Below, in pieces: positions 15,925-25,146 of a stretch of DNA of 64,000 nt (within the stretch, counting starts at the first letter, position 1; the number at the start of each line of letters is the position of its first letter). Source of the stretch: Parcubacteria group bacterium LiPW_30 (GTDB taxonomy: Bacteria; Patescibacteriota; Minisyncoccia; Phycocordibacterales; VMEP01); contig VMEP01000001.1 in NCBI GenBank assembly GCA_007375595.1, positions 255,883 to 319,882 of the forward strand, written 5' to 3'. Below the pieces are notes generated by a model that worked only from the letters and a program-made list of their open reading frames with translations, did no database searches and was not told where the DNA came from. The translations under genes were made by a program, and so were the position numbers.

Positions 15925-18675
15925 ATGGTTTTAAACTTTAACGGAGAAAGTCATGAAAAATTTGTAAATCCCGAAGAGGAGATTAATTTTTTGCGTGAAC
16001 GTCTTGCAGAAAAGGAAAAAGAAGCCTCGTTTGGTAAAGAATCGGCGCCAGTTAATCATGAAAAAGAGGTTATTAGGGAATATTCGGAAAAGCCAGCTCG
16101 GGAAATTTTGCATCACGAAAAGGTGCTGGGGGAACAAGAGGTAGAGCGTATCGTTCTTGATTTGAAGCCAGAAGAGCACGATAAACAAATGGAGGAGCTT
16201 CTAGGACTTCTTATTGAAAAAGGTGCTCGTAACACTATTTCAGTTGTGGAGAAGATGGATAATCCCCACATAACTGACGACTTTCACAGAATACTTGTTC
16301 AATATGTTAAAAGCGTAGGAAAAGTTCCAGACTTAGAAAAAGATAAACAAGTTTGGAAGGCGGTACATATGCGTCTTTATGAAATCCTTCTTCCAGAAGG
16401 AGACGCAGAAAAGCAGGCAAAAAGCTTTAAAGAAATTGTTACGATAATGGAACAGTTTTACGCTGGGATGCTTTCTGTTTCCGATGGTCGAGATAATTTT
16501 CCAGGGAAGAATTATTTTACGCTTGAGATAGCTTTGTCTAATCAAAGCAGTGAAATAGTTTTTTACGCTTCTGTTCCTGATGATAAGAGTGGTTTGTTGG
16601 AAAAACAGTTACTCGGTTTATATAAAGACGCTCGAATTAGGGAGGTAAAGGATGATTATAATATTTTTAACGAAAAGGGAGCATCTTTGGGCGCCTACGG
16701 AGCTTTCACAAAAAGTCAGGTCTATCCAATAAAAACATATGCAGATTTTGAACATGATCCACTTCCGGTAATTCTTAACGTTTTTTCTAAACTTAAAAAT
16801 AAAGGAGAGGGGGCGGCAATTCAATTTTCAGTTTCTCCTGTTGGTGATTATTTCTTGAAAAGATACGGAAGAGTGCTTGACGATTTAAAACGAGGAGTGC
16901 CAAAAGATGAAGCAACAAATATTTCGCCAACTGTCGGACAAGAGGTGGGGAGGTTTGCCAAGGAACTCATTATGGGTGTTTCTGTGCCTAAAAAAATTGA
17001 TGGGAAAGAGGTTATTGATGAAGACGCGGTAAAATATGTTTCGGAAAAAATTAGTAGCACTATTGTTAATACAAACATTCGAGTAATTGCTTCCGCAGAG
17101 ACAACCTTGCGCGCTGAAGAAATTTTAGGTGAACTACAATCGGCTTTTAATCAATTCACAGATACTAAAGGAAATGGTGTTGAGTTTAAGTCGTTAAAAC
17201 GCCACGACCTGTTGAAGCTTTTTCAAGAATTTTCTTATAGGCTATTTTCTCAAGATCATTCTTTGCCGCTCAACCTAAAAGAACTTACCACAATGTTCCA
17301 TTTTCCAGAGCAGGTTTCGTCGGCGCCACAACTAAAACAAGCCCGTTCCACGACAGCGCCTGCACCGCTTGATGCTCCAACCTACGGGACACTTCTTGGA
17401 ATAAATAAACACCGTGGAGAAAATAAGGAAATTTTTATTACCGACGAAGATCGAATGCGTCACTTTTATGTTGTCGGACAAACAGGCACTGGTAAGACCG
17501 CAATCATGAAGAACATGATTATTCAGAATATTAAAGCTGGGCACGGGGTGTGCATGATAGACCCACACGGAACCGATATTGAGGATATTTTAGGAAATAT
17601 TCCACCTGAGAGAGAAAAAGACGTTATTTATTTTGACCCAGCTTACACAGAAAGAGTGATGGGTTTGAACATGCTGGAGTATGACCAAACTCGACCAGAG
17701 CGGAAAACTTTCGTGGTTAACGAGTTGATTTCGATTTTTAATAAATTATTTGATATGAAAGTTGCTGGCGGACCAGCATTTGAACAGTACTTCAGAAACT
17801 CTGCTCTTTTGGTTATGGAACACCCAGAATCTGGCAGCACTCTTCTTGAAATTGTGCGTGTTTTGGCTGACAAATCTTTTCGTGACATGAAATTGTCTTA
17901 TTGTAAGAATCCAGTGATTACGCAGTTTTGGCAAAACGCGATTAAGACAAGCGGGGAGCAGTCGCTCGCCAACTTTGTCCCTTATATCTCAAGCAAATTT
18001 GATCCATTTTTATCAAACGATATTATGCGTCCAGTTATTGCTCAAGAAAAATCATCATTTAATTTTAGGCAAATAATGGATGAGAAAAAAATACTCTTGG
18101 TTAATTTGTCTAAAGGGAGGTTGGGAGATTTAAACGCCAATTTAATAGGGCTTATCTTGGTTGGCAAGATTCTTATTGCCGCGCTTTCTCGTGTTGATAT
18201 TGTTGGCGGAAAACCTGCTGATTTTTATTTATACATTGATGAGTTCCAAAATATAACCACTGACTCAATTTCCACAATCCTTTCAGAAGCGCGAAAATAC
18301 AGATTATCTCTAAATGTTGCCCATCAATTTATTAAACAACTTGATGAAAAAACAAAGAACGCTATTTTCGGCAACGTTGGTTCAATGGCGGTGTTTCGTG
18401 TTGGTAGTGAGGATGCAGAATTTTTAGAGAAACAACTTGCGCCAGTTTTTTCTGCAAGAGATATTATGAATTTGGACAATTATAACGCTTACGTGAAAAT
18501 GCTTATGAATGGTCAACCAGCCAGAGCTTTTAACATTGAAACGATTTCGCCAAGGAAGGGGGACGTAAATACCGCTACAAGAATTAAAGAGGCGTCTTAC
18601 CAAAAATACGGAACCCCCCGTGTAGAAATTGAGGAGCATATCGCTCAAAAGTATCGCCAAACAGGAACAGTTTAG
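15925..18675 (+). CDS. VirD4/TraG-TraD-like (FtsK-HerA superfamily) P-loop ATPase
   Basis: RHFYVVGQTGTGKT, IDPHG, LYIDEFQN, SEARKY, AHQ. Confidence 0.85.
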   Translation: MVLNFNGESHEKFVNPEEEINFLRERLAEKEKEASFGKESAPVNHEKEVIREYSEKPAREILHHEKVLGEQEVERIVLDLKPEEHDKQMEELLGLLIEKGARNTISVVEKMDNPHITDDFHRILVQYVKSVGKVPDLEKDKQVWKAVHMRLYEILLPEGDAEKQAKSFKEIVTIMEQFYAGMLSVSDGRDNFPGKNYFTLEIALSNQSSEIVFYASVPDDKSGLLEKQLLGLYKDARIREVKDDYNIFNEKGASLGAYGAFTKSQVYPIKTYADFEHDPLPVILNVFSKLKNKGEGAAIQFSVSPVGDYFLKRYGRVLDDLKRGVPKDEATNISPTVGQEVGRFAKELIMGVSVPKKIDGKEVIDEDAVKYVSEKISSTIVNTNIRVIASAETTLRAEEILGELQSAFNQFTDTKGNGVEFKSLKRHDLLKLFQEFSYRLFSQDHSLPLNLKELTTMFHFPEQVSSAPQLKQARSTTAPAPLDAPTYGTLLGINKHRGENKEIFITDEDRMRHFYVVGQTGTGKTAIMKNMIIQNIKAGHGVCMIDPHGTDIEDILGNIPPEREKDVIYFDPAYTERVMGLNMLEYDQTRPERKTFVVNELISIFNKLFDMKVAGGPAFEQYFRNSALLVMEHPESGSTLLEIVRVLADKSFRDMKLSYCKNPVITQFWQNAIKTSGEQSLANFVPYISSKFDPFLSNDIMRPVIAQEKSSFNFRQIMDEKKILLVNLSKGRLGDLNANLIGLILVGKILIAALSRVDIVGGKPADFYLYIDEFQNITTDSISTILSEARKYRLSLNVAHQFIKQLDEKTKNAIFGNVGSMAVFRVGSEDAEFLEKQLAPVFSARDIMNLDNYNAYVKMLMNGQPARAFNIETISPRKGDVNTATRIKEASYQKYGTPRVEIEEHIAQKYRQTGTV

Positions 18676-18779
18676 TCTATACGTTTTAATTTAATTATAG
18701 GTGGTAGGGATTTTTTTGTCAGGTTAGTTTCCGTACGGTAAATTACTTTTTAGAGCACAGTCTTTAATTAATAGTTAGT

Positions 18780-18829
18780 TTCCATACCTCCAATCCATGT
18801 GCTATAGCACATGGATTGGAGGTATGGAA
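18780..18829. repeat. 50-bp perfect loop-less palindrome centred on GCTATAGC
   Basis: TTCCATACCTCCAATCCATGTGCTA|TAGCACATGGATTGGAGGTATGGAA. Confidence 0.95.
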
Positions 18830-18879
18830 TTGTCTTGAGAATTTTAGGAGGTTGCAGTATGTAGGCGTTCTTTGTTAGG

Positions 18880-19033
18880 ATAAGCCCTACATCACACTAA
18901 AAGGTGATAGGGCTAGACCGGGTGTCCCACGGACGCCATAGGGCGAACAGTCTGGGTACAGACTGTTTTAGCCCTAAAACATTATTACCAAAATGTTCGG
19001 GCGAACAAATTTTAAATAAAATTTGTTTTAGCC
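18880..19033. repeat. Array of hairpin units in alternating orientation (BIME-like)
   Basis: CGAAC-hp-GTTTTAG / CTAAAAC-hp-GTTCG / CGAAC-hp-GTTTTAG; related to 25003-25063 and 31846-31910. Confidence 0.7.
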
Positions 19034-19062
19034 ATTAAACAGTTAATTAAATTTCTAAATTT

Positions 19063-19539
19063 ATGGCTCACGAGAAAAAAGAAACTTCGCTTATTATTTT
19101 TAAACCAGATACTCTCCAAAGAGGTTTGCTTGGAGAAATGATTCATCGTTTTGAAAGAAAGGGCTTGAAGATTCGCGGACTCAAAATGATGCAATTAGAA
19201 GATGTGGTTCTTGAAGAGCATTACGCTCATATAAAAGATAAACCATTTTTTGGCGGGATAAAGGAGTATATGAAAGCAACACCAGTCGTTGTTTTTGCGG
19301 TAACAGGAATTAATGCAATCTCGGCAATTCGTACCATTATCGGACCAACAAAAGGACATGAAGCTCCAGCCGGGACAATCCGCGGAGATTTTTCTATGAG
19401 TGGTCAATCAAATATTGTTCATGCGTCAGACTCAAAAGAATCAGCAGAAGCAGAACTAAAGCGTTTCTTTAAAGAAGATGAGTTGTTTGATTATGAACGT
19501 CCTAATTTCCCTTTTATCTACGCAGACGAAGCATTCTAG
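19063..19539 (+). CDS. ndk: Nucleoside diphosphate kinase
   Basis: IIFKPD, GTIRGDF, NIVHASDS. Confidence 0.97.
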   Translation: MAHEKKETSLIIFKPDTLQRGLLGEMIHRFERKGLKIRGLKMMQLEDVVLEEHYAHIKDKPFFGGIKEYMKATPVVVFAVTGINAISAIRTIIGPTKGHEAPAGTIRGDFSMSGQSNIVHASDSKESAEAELKRFFKEDELFDYERPNFPFIYADEAF

Positions 19540-19731
19540 TTGATTAAAATAATTAGATAAATCAAGTATTTTTTGAAATTAAGGTTACTCGAGAATAAAT
19601 TTCTAATTAAATTTGGCTTGTCACTTTAGAAATATTCATAATTTCTGATAAATGTCAGAAATGGTTTGTTAAATATAGATATTTTAATTTTTAGTCCATT
19701 CCAATATAAATTTCTGATTAAATGGGGCCTG

Positions 19732-19834
19732 CCCCGTTAGAAATAAACGCTGTTTTACTTACAGCATCAAAATAATTATATAAATCAACCTGTTTTTGAA
19801 ATTATCTTTACTCGAGAATAAATTTCTAATGGGG
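19732..19834. mobile_element. MITE-like element with CCCCGTTAGAAAT terminal inverted repeats
   Basis: CCCCGTTAGAAAT...ATTTCTAATGGGG; degenerate partial copy at about 19546-19607; same TIR as 55177-55300. Confidence 0.7.
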
Positions 19835-19873
19835 TCAATATTGCAAACCAATTCTTCGGTGATACGATTTAAG

Positions 19874-20003
19874 TAGGGTTATTTGGGAGGTTATCTAGAT
19901 CAAGTCATTAGTTCCGGGAGCTTAGCTTACACTACGTCTTGGCGCAGTGTAGAGGGCACCCACGTATTACTACGCTAGTGGCTAACTTCACTAAGTAACC
20001 CTA
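19874..20003 (+). ncRNA. ssrS: Probable 6S RNA (compact)
   Basis: Rod fold (TAGGGTTATTTGG-GAGGTTA pairs with TAACTTCACTAAGTAACCCTA), central bubble, GGGAGC and AGAGGGCACCCAC motifs; promoter TTGCAA-N16-TACGAT; terminator at about 20009-20040. Confidence 0.7.
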
Positions 20004-20088
20004 AAGAAAGATTCCTGCAGGGCAGGATTTTTCTTTTTTAGAATGGGTGTTAGAATACAGAAACGATAGAACGTCTTTATTCGAACGA

Positions 20089-21462
20089 ATGGCAATTTCA
20101 AAAAAATTAAAACTTTCATTTTTTGGCGGAGCCGGTGAAGTCACTGGCTCCAATTTTCTTATTGAGGGAGAAGGTAAGAAAATATTAATTGATTGTGGGC
20201 TATATCAAGGTAGTAAAATTGGTGACCTCAGAAATCTAGACCCACTTTTGTATAATGCGGCTGAAATTGATGTTGTTTTTGTGACCCACGCTCATATTGA
20301 CCACATTGGGCGTATTCCAAAGCTTATTAAAGACGGTTTTCGTGGTGAAATTTACTCAACAATACCAACGAAAGAAATAGGAGAATTGTCTTTAATGGAT
20401 AGCCTCGGTGTTTTAGGGAAGGAAGCGAAACGAGATAATCACCCAGTTATTTATCGCGAAGAAGATGTTCTTCATGCTGTTAAGTTATGGAAAACGGTCG
20501 GCTATCACGAACCAGTAAAAGTTGGGGAAAATATCTCCGTTGTGTTTAGGGATGCCGGACACATTTTAGGTTCAGCGATGGTTGAAATTACATACAACGG
20601 AAAGAAAATTCTTTTTACCGGTGATTTGGGAAATTCTCCGGCACCACTGCTTCGTGATACAGAAAAAGTAACAGATGCTGATTATATGGTTATTGAGAGC
20701 GTTTATGGTGACCGCAACCACGAAAGCGTGGATGAACGAAAGAAAAAAACAGAGCAGGTTATTGAAGACACAATTAGTAAGGGTGGTGTTCTTATGATTC
20801 CAGCATTTTCAATAGAACGAACACAAGACCTTTTGCTTGAAATAAACAATCTTGTTGAAAACAAAAGAATTCCACCAGTTTCAATATTTTTGGATTCACC
20901 GCTTGCAATAAATGTGACAAAAATTTATCGAAATAATCAGGATTTTTTCAACAAAGAAGCGTTAGGGATTATTCATGGAGGAGATGACATTTTTAATTTT
21001 CCAGGGTTGAAACTTACCCCCACCACAGAGGAGTCTAAAAAAATTATCGACTATCCAAATCCAAAAATAATTATTGCAGGCTCCGGTATGTCAAACGGAG
21101 GGAGAATAGTGCACCACGAGCAGAATTATCTCGGAGATCCTAGAAGCACTCTGATGCTTATTGGTTATCAAGCAGTTGGTACACCAGGGAGAATGCTTCA
21201 AGAAGGAGCAAAAAGAGTTAGAATAAACGCCACAGAAGTAGAGGTTAAGGCGAAGGTTGTCAGCATTTCTGGTTACTCTGCGCATAAAGATGGTGACCAT
21301 TTGTTTAAATTTGTTAAAGGCACTGCCGATACTCTTAAAAAAGTTTTTGTAGTTCACGGAGAACCAAAAACAACAATGTTTTTTGTTCAAAGATTGCGTG
21401 ATTACTTAGGACTCAACGCAATGGCCCCACAGGCCGGTGAATCAGTCGAACTTGATTTCTGA
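20089..21462 (+). CDS. MBL-fold beta-CASP metallo-hydrolase (probable ribonuclease)
   Basis: THAHIDHIG, AGHILG, TGDLG, ESVYGDR, SAH, VHGE. Confidence 0.92.
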   Translation: MAISKKLKLSFFGGAGEVTGSNFLIEGEGKKILIDCGLYQGSKIGDLRNLDPLLYNAAEIDVVFVTHAHIDHIGRIPKLIKDGFRGEIYSTIPTKEIGELSLMDSLGVLGKEAKRDNHPVIYREEDVLHAVKLWKTVGYHEPVKVGENISVVFRDAGHILGSAMVEITYNGKKILFTGDLGNSPAPLLRDTEKVTDADYMVIESVYGDRNHESVDERKKKTEQVIEDTISKGGVLMIPAFSIERTQDLLLEINNLVENKRIPPVSIFLDSPLAINVTKIYRNNQDFFNKEALGIIHGGDDIFNFPGLKLTPTTEESKKIIDYPNPKIIIAGSGMSNGGRIVHHEQNYLGDPRSTLMLIGYQAVGTPGRMLQEGAKRVRINATEVEVKAKVVSISGYSAHKDGDHLFKFVKGTADTLKKVFVVHGEPKTTMFFVQRLRDYLGLNAMAPQAGESVELDF

Positions 21463-21485
21463 TATAATAAAAAACATTAAAATAT

Positions 21486-22124
21486 ATGGAAGAAAACGAT
21501 AAGCATTTTCATAATAGGATAAGAATTTGTGTTTCCGGCGCCGCTGAAACGGGGCATTGTGGTATTGGGGCATTAGAAAAAGCAAAAGAGCTCGGCAAGG
21601 AAATTGCGAGACAAGGGGCAATTTTAGAGAACGGCGCTACAACTGGATTTCCATTATGGGCTGCTATTGGGGCAAAAGAAGTGAGTGGTATTGTTGTTGG
21701 TTTTTCTCCTGCCGCCAACGAAAAAGAACATCGCGAGGTTTACCGTTTACCTGTTGATTATCACGACATTATTGTTTACACCGGATTTGGTTACTCTGGG
21801 CGAGATCTTCTCTTAACCCGATCTGCAGAGGCTATTATTATAGGTTGTGGGCGTATTGGTACCGTGCACGAATTTACTATCGCTTATGAAGACGATAAGC
21901 CGATTGGGATATTACAAGGCGATTGGGATATGGATGAAGTTTTGAAAAATATTATGGATAAAAGTAATCGCGTAAATAATAAGATTATTTTTGAATCTGA
22001 TCCAAAAAGACTTGTTGAGAGAGTTATAGAAATTGTTAAAAAAGACAGAGCCACACGAGGGGAGACAACTCGTTTACCAGATACTCCTCCAAGTAACGAA
22101 GAATTACTGAAAGCAGTTCAGTAG
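21486..22124 (+). CDS. LOG/SLOG family protein
   Basis: GATTG, YTGFGYSGR, G.G.IGTVHE Rossmann-like motifs. Confidence 0.8.
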   Translation: MEENDKHFHNRIRICVSGAAETGHCGIGALEKAKELGKEIARQGAILENGATTGFPLWAAIGAKEVSGIVVGFSPAANEKEHREVYRLPVDYHDIIVYTGFGYSGRDLLLTRSAEAIIIGCGRIGTVHEFTIAYEDDKPIGILQGDWDMDEVLKNIMDKSNRVNNKIIFESDPKRLVERVIEIVKKDRATRGETTRLPDTPPSNEELLKAVQ

Positions 22125-22140
22125 AAAACGAAGCTAAAAC

Positions 22141-22168
22141 AAAAAAACCACCATTTGGTGGTTTTTTT
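22141..22168. terminator. Bidirectional terminator between the LOG gene and rplT
   Basis: aaaaaaaccacca-tt-tggtggttttttt. Confidence 0.85.
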
Positions 22169-22179
22169 GTTTTAGGTAT

Positions 22180-22530
22180 TTATTTTGCGAGTGCGAATTC
22201 TACGATTCTCTTGAAACTTTCTGGTTTCTTGTCCGCGATATCAGACATAACCTTTCTGTCTATTTCAATATTTTTTAATTTCAAAATGTTGATGAACTTG
22301 CTGTACGAAAGACCATGTGGACGAATTGCTGCGTTTATGCGAACTGTCCAAAGACGACGAAAATCATTTTTCTTATCTTTTCTGTGTGCAAAAGAATACT
22401 TCCCAGCATGAACCAAAGCCTCATGGGCCATGATTTCTTTAGTTGAGCGACCAAAACGAAAACCCTTTACCTTCTTAAGGACGTTACGTCGTGTCTTGCT
22501 TGCAATTGTTCCTCTTTTTACTCTTGTCAT
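22180..22530 (-). CDS. rplT: 50S ribosomal protein L20
   Basis: MTRVKRG, FRRLWTVRINAA, SYSKFI. Confidence 0.98.
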   Translation of the reverse strand: MTRVKRGTIASKTRRNVLKKVKGFRFGRSTKEIMAHEALVHAGKYSFAHRKDKKNDFRRLWTVRINAAIRPHGLSYSKFINILKLKNIEIDRKVMSDIADKKPESFKRIVEFALAK

Positions 22531-22540
22531 ATTATTTAAA

Positions 22541-22738
22541 TTACCTCTGTTTTAATCCTGGAAGAAAACGACTCTTTTCTTTGTTGGTCATTTTAAAAGC
22601 AACACCAAGCTTTCCAGCAAGTTGTTTTTCGCGACTTTGCTTAGCATTGAAATGGTTAAAACCAGGCTTTCGGCCGATAATTTTACCGTTCTTTGTTACA
22701 CGGAGTCTTTTTGAAAATGATTTGTTTGTTTTTGTCAT
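22541..22738 (-). CDS. rpmI: 50S ribosomal protein L35
   Basis: KTNKSFSKRLRVTKNGKI; infC-rpmI-rplT order. Confidence 0.95.
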   Translation of the reverse strand: MTKTNKSFSKRLRVTKNGKIIGRKPGFNHFNAKQSREKQLAGKLGVAFKMTNKEKSRFLPGLKQR

Positions 22739-22756
22739 TTGTTTGCTTGTTCGGAT

Positions 22757-23278
22757 CTAGTTTTTCTTGGTATCTCTTTCGAGAACAATACTATATCCTT
22801 TTGGCCCCTTTTTGAAAGGGTCCGCAATTTTGTAGTTTTCGCTAATCAAAACAAGTATGCGTTCAAGGCGACTTTTAAGGAATTTTTCCTCCATATACTT
22901 CGCGCGCCCCGCTAAATATAGGTCTGCTCTAACGCGATGGCCATCTTTAAGCCACTCTGACGCTTTTTTGGCTTTTATGCCGAGATCGTGCTCAGAAGTG
23001 CCGATTTTAACCTGAACCGTCTTGGTTTCGGTCACATGAGCGTGAGCTTTGATTTTCTTGTTTTTCTTGCTCTGCTCGTACTGAAATTTACCATAATCCA
23101 TTATTTTTGCAACCGGTGGGACTATATCTGGCGATATTTCAATTAAATCTAGGCCTTTCTCCTTGGCTTTGGCTAAGGCGTCGGCAAACGACATAACGCC
23201 TAAATTCCCGTCTTCGTTGTCAATGATACGTAATTCTGGGGCTCTTATTTGATTGTTTATGCGGAGTTTAACGGACAC
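22757..23278 (-). CDS. infC: Translation initiation factor IF-3
   Basis: INNQIRAPELRII, GLDLIEI, PPVAKIMDYGKF; start GTG 23278 or ATA 23290. Confidence 0.97.
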   Translation of the reverse strand: MSVKLRINNQIRAPELRIIDNEDGNLGVMSFADALAKAKEKGLDLIEISPDIVPPVAKIMDYGKFQYEQSKKNKKIKAHAHVTETKTVQVKIGTSEHDLGIKAKKASEWLKDGHRVRADLYLAGRAKYMEEKFLKSRLERILVLISENYKIADPFKKGPKGYSIVLERDTKKN

Positions 23279-23337
23279 GTGTTTGTTTATTCAGTGAATT
23301 GTAGCCGAGAAGGGGGGAATAATCAATATGTTTTTTA

Positions 23338-23429
23338 ATGTTCGCCCTTAAAATGCGCGTATAATTTTTTGCTAAAAATTTACTATACTCGCCTCGCCAG
23401 GCTCCGTAATGCATTTTAAGGGCGAACAT
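23338..23429. repeat. Repeat element with 19-bp perfect inverted ends around the AGCA-hairpin module
   Basis: ATGTTCGCCCTTAAAATGC / GCATTTTAAGGGCGAACAT. Confidence 0.85.
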
Positions 23430-23533
23430 AGAGATATTAAATACAAAAAACTTTGCTGAATTTTCGCTCTGCTCGATTCGTCAATCTGCGCAAGGTATTT
23501 TAGGGGTGTATGCAGGAAATAAAATACTTAGAA

Positions 23534-23668
23534 ATGCACGTATAATTTTCTGCTGAAAATTTACTATACTCGGCTCGTCAGCCTCCGTCTCTCAATTGCT
23601 TCACTTATCGCAATTGAGCATCGCACTGCGCCCGCCTGCGCGTACACGCGGGCAGGCAATGTTTTTAA
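23534..23668 (-). repeat. Modular repeat, inverted relative to the copies at 1118 and 54943
   Basis: Reverse complement carries GCTCAATTGCGATAAGTGAAGCAATTGAGAGACGGAGGCTGACGAGCCGAG, identical to about 54975-55028. Confidence 0.85.
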
Positions 23669-23756
23669 ATACAAAAAATTGGATTTTTGAAGAAGGAGGA
23701 AGGTTTATTTTTACAAAAAAAAGAACAGGACCCGGAGGTCCTGTTTGTCGCCAGTG

Positions 23757-24827
23757 TTACTTATCGGCGGGCGTGGTGGCTAGCCTCTTCAGGTTTTGTT
23801 CGGCTTCTTCCGTTTGCCGTTCTGCTTCCCGAATTGCCGCGAGGCGGGCGTATTCAGCCTTCCTTATTTCATACAGCTTAAGGAATTCCGCCGCCTTTGA
23901 GTTTACGAGACAGGCTTCTTCGACGGTAGTCGCTAGGCGAGTTTTACCGACAGGGGATTTGGTTGTGCGGAGTTCTGTTCGCAGAGAGATTTCTTTGAGC
24001 TTTGCCAAACATGGTTCATCAAGCTCTTCGAAACCCCAGAAACTGCTTCGCATACCATAAATATCCCACAGCAGGTCAATCTTGCCGATGGAGGACAGCA
24101 CTTCAAGCATCCAGAGTTTTGCCGAGTTGATGTTTTTGCGCATCTCGGCATTTTGCTTTGCTTTCTCTTCTGGACGGATATGCCACGACTTGATTTCTTC
24201 TCCCTTCCACTTGAAAACAAACGCTGCGAGTCGCAGTAGGAAATTGATGGCCTGTTGTTCGTTGTGGTTGGAGGCCTCTAGTCCAGATAGGTTGCGAACA
24301 GCCCCCCCTTCGACCGCGAAAAAGTTCATGAGGATTGGAAGGATTCGCCCTGAAACAAAGTCAGTGCCCCATGGGTCTCTGCTCCTGTGTTGCACGGAGA
24401 GGGAGTTCTCAATCTCGACCTTGAAGAAGTTCTGGGCGAGTACGTCAAACGCTTTGCGTGCCAACTTCTGGCGAAACCATGCTGGGTTTCCTGGTTGGCG
24501 ATTTCCGTACCTGTCGTAGCCGATGACATATCCTTTGCCTTCATCTGACTCAAGATGCCACTGGGAATAACCACGTTCCCAACCATCAGCAATGGCGAAG
24601 TAGGTTTCCAGGCGATCAGCATGGTCGTACTCTTGTTCGCCATGACTGAAACGCTCAAACCCCACATTGAAACCCTCGTGGAGCAGTCCGGCCAGCTGGT
24701 GCGTGGTGGTGGACTCTTGCCAGCAGGTTCGCCACTCGTTCCAATTACGGGGCGGGCGAATTTCGCGCACCATGAGGGGGTGTGGTAGAGCACTTACGGC
24801 ACTTACGAGATCTTCAATTTGCGACAT
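23757..24827 (-). CDS. Hypothetical protein (about 356 aa, C-terminal coiled coil)
   Basis: Start moved to MSQIEDL with GAGAGG SD and TTGACT promoter; the longer track ORF overlaps tRNA-Ala. Confidence 0.8.
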   Translation of the reverse strand: MSQIEDLVSAVSALPHPLMVREIRPPRNWNEWRTCWQESTTTHQLAGLLHEGFNVGFERFSHGEQEYDHADRLETYFAIADGWERGYSQWHLESDEGKGYVIGYDRYGNRQPGNPAWFRQKLARKAFDVLAQNFFKVEIENSLSVQHRSRDPWGTDFVSGRILPILMNFFAVEGGAVRNLSGLEASNHNEQQAINFLLRLAAFVFKWKGEEIKSWHIRPEEKAKQNAEMRKNINSAKLWMLEVLSSIGKIDLLWDIYGMRSSFWGFEELDEPCLAKLKEISLRTELRTTKSPVGKTRLATTVEEACLVNSKAAEFLKLYEIRKAEYARLAAIREAERQTEEAEQNLKRLATTPADK

Positions 24828-24929
24828 TTTGTTGCCTCTCTTTCTTTCTTGGGTTATGCCCCGTACTGTGACGGGACGAGGTACTGCTATGCCAAATATA
24901 CCTCGGGGCTTGATTAAGTCAAACTGTTG

Positions 24930-25005
24930 TGGTGGACCATACCGGATTCGAACCGGTCGCCTCATCCATGCCATGGATGCGCTCTACCAAATGAGCTAAT
25001 GGCCC
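24930..25005 (-). tRNA. tRNA-Ala(GGC), CCA encoded
   Basis: Cloverleaf, G3-U70, anticodon arm CATCC-ATGGCAT-GGATG. Confidence 0.96.
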
Positions 25006-25063
25006 CTAAAATATTTTACAGAAAAATATTCGGGCGACCATTTTCTTTAGAAAATGGTTTAGC
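25003..25063. repeat. Double-hairpin repeat abutting the tRNA-Ala 5' end
   Basis: CCCCTAAAATATTTT...AAAATATTCGGGCGACCATTTTCTTTAGAAAATGGTTTAGCC, near-identical to 31846-31910. Confidence 0.85.
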
Positions 25064-25146
25064 CTTTAAATTTTGAAACACTATACCAAAACAAACAAAA
25101 ACAGCCCGACGAAAGTCGGGGCTGTTTTTGTTTCTATTAATTAAAA

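Noticed and set aside
15925-18675. Conjugative element or prophage around the VirD4-like gene
   Set aside because: No relaxase, integrase, VirB or phage genes; flanked by housekeeping genes
18850-19030. Riboswitch or SRP RNA upstream of ndk
   Set aside because: No recognisable aptamer or SRP helix-8 motif; better explained as a dispersed repeat array
24828-24974. N-terminal extension of the 405-aa track ORF
   Set aside because: It overlaps tRNA-Ala; the promoter and SD support the ATG at 24827
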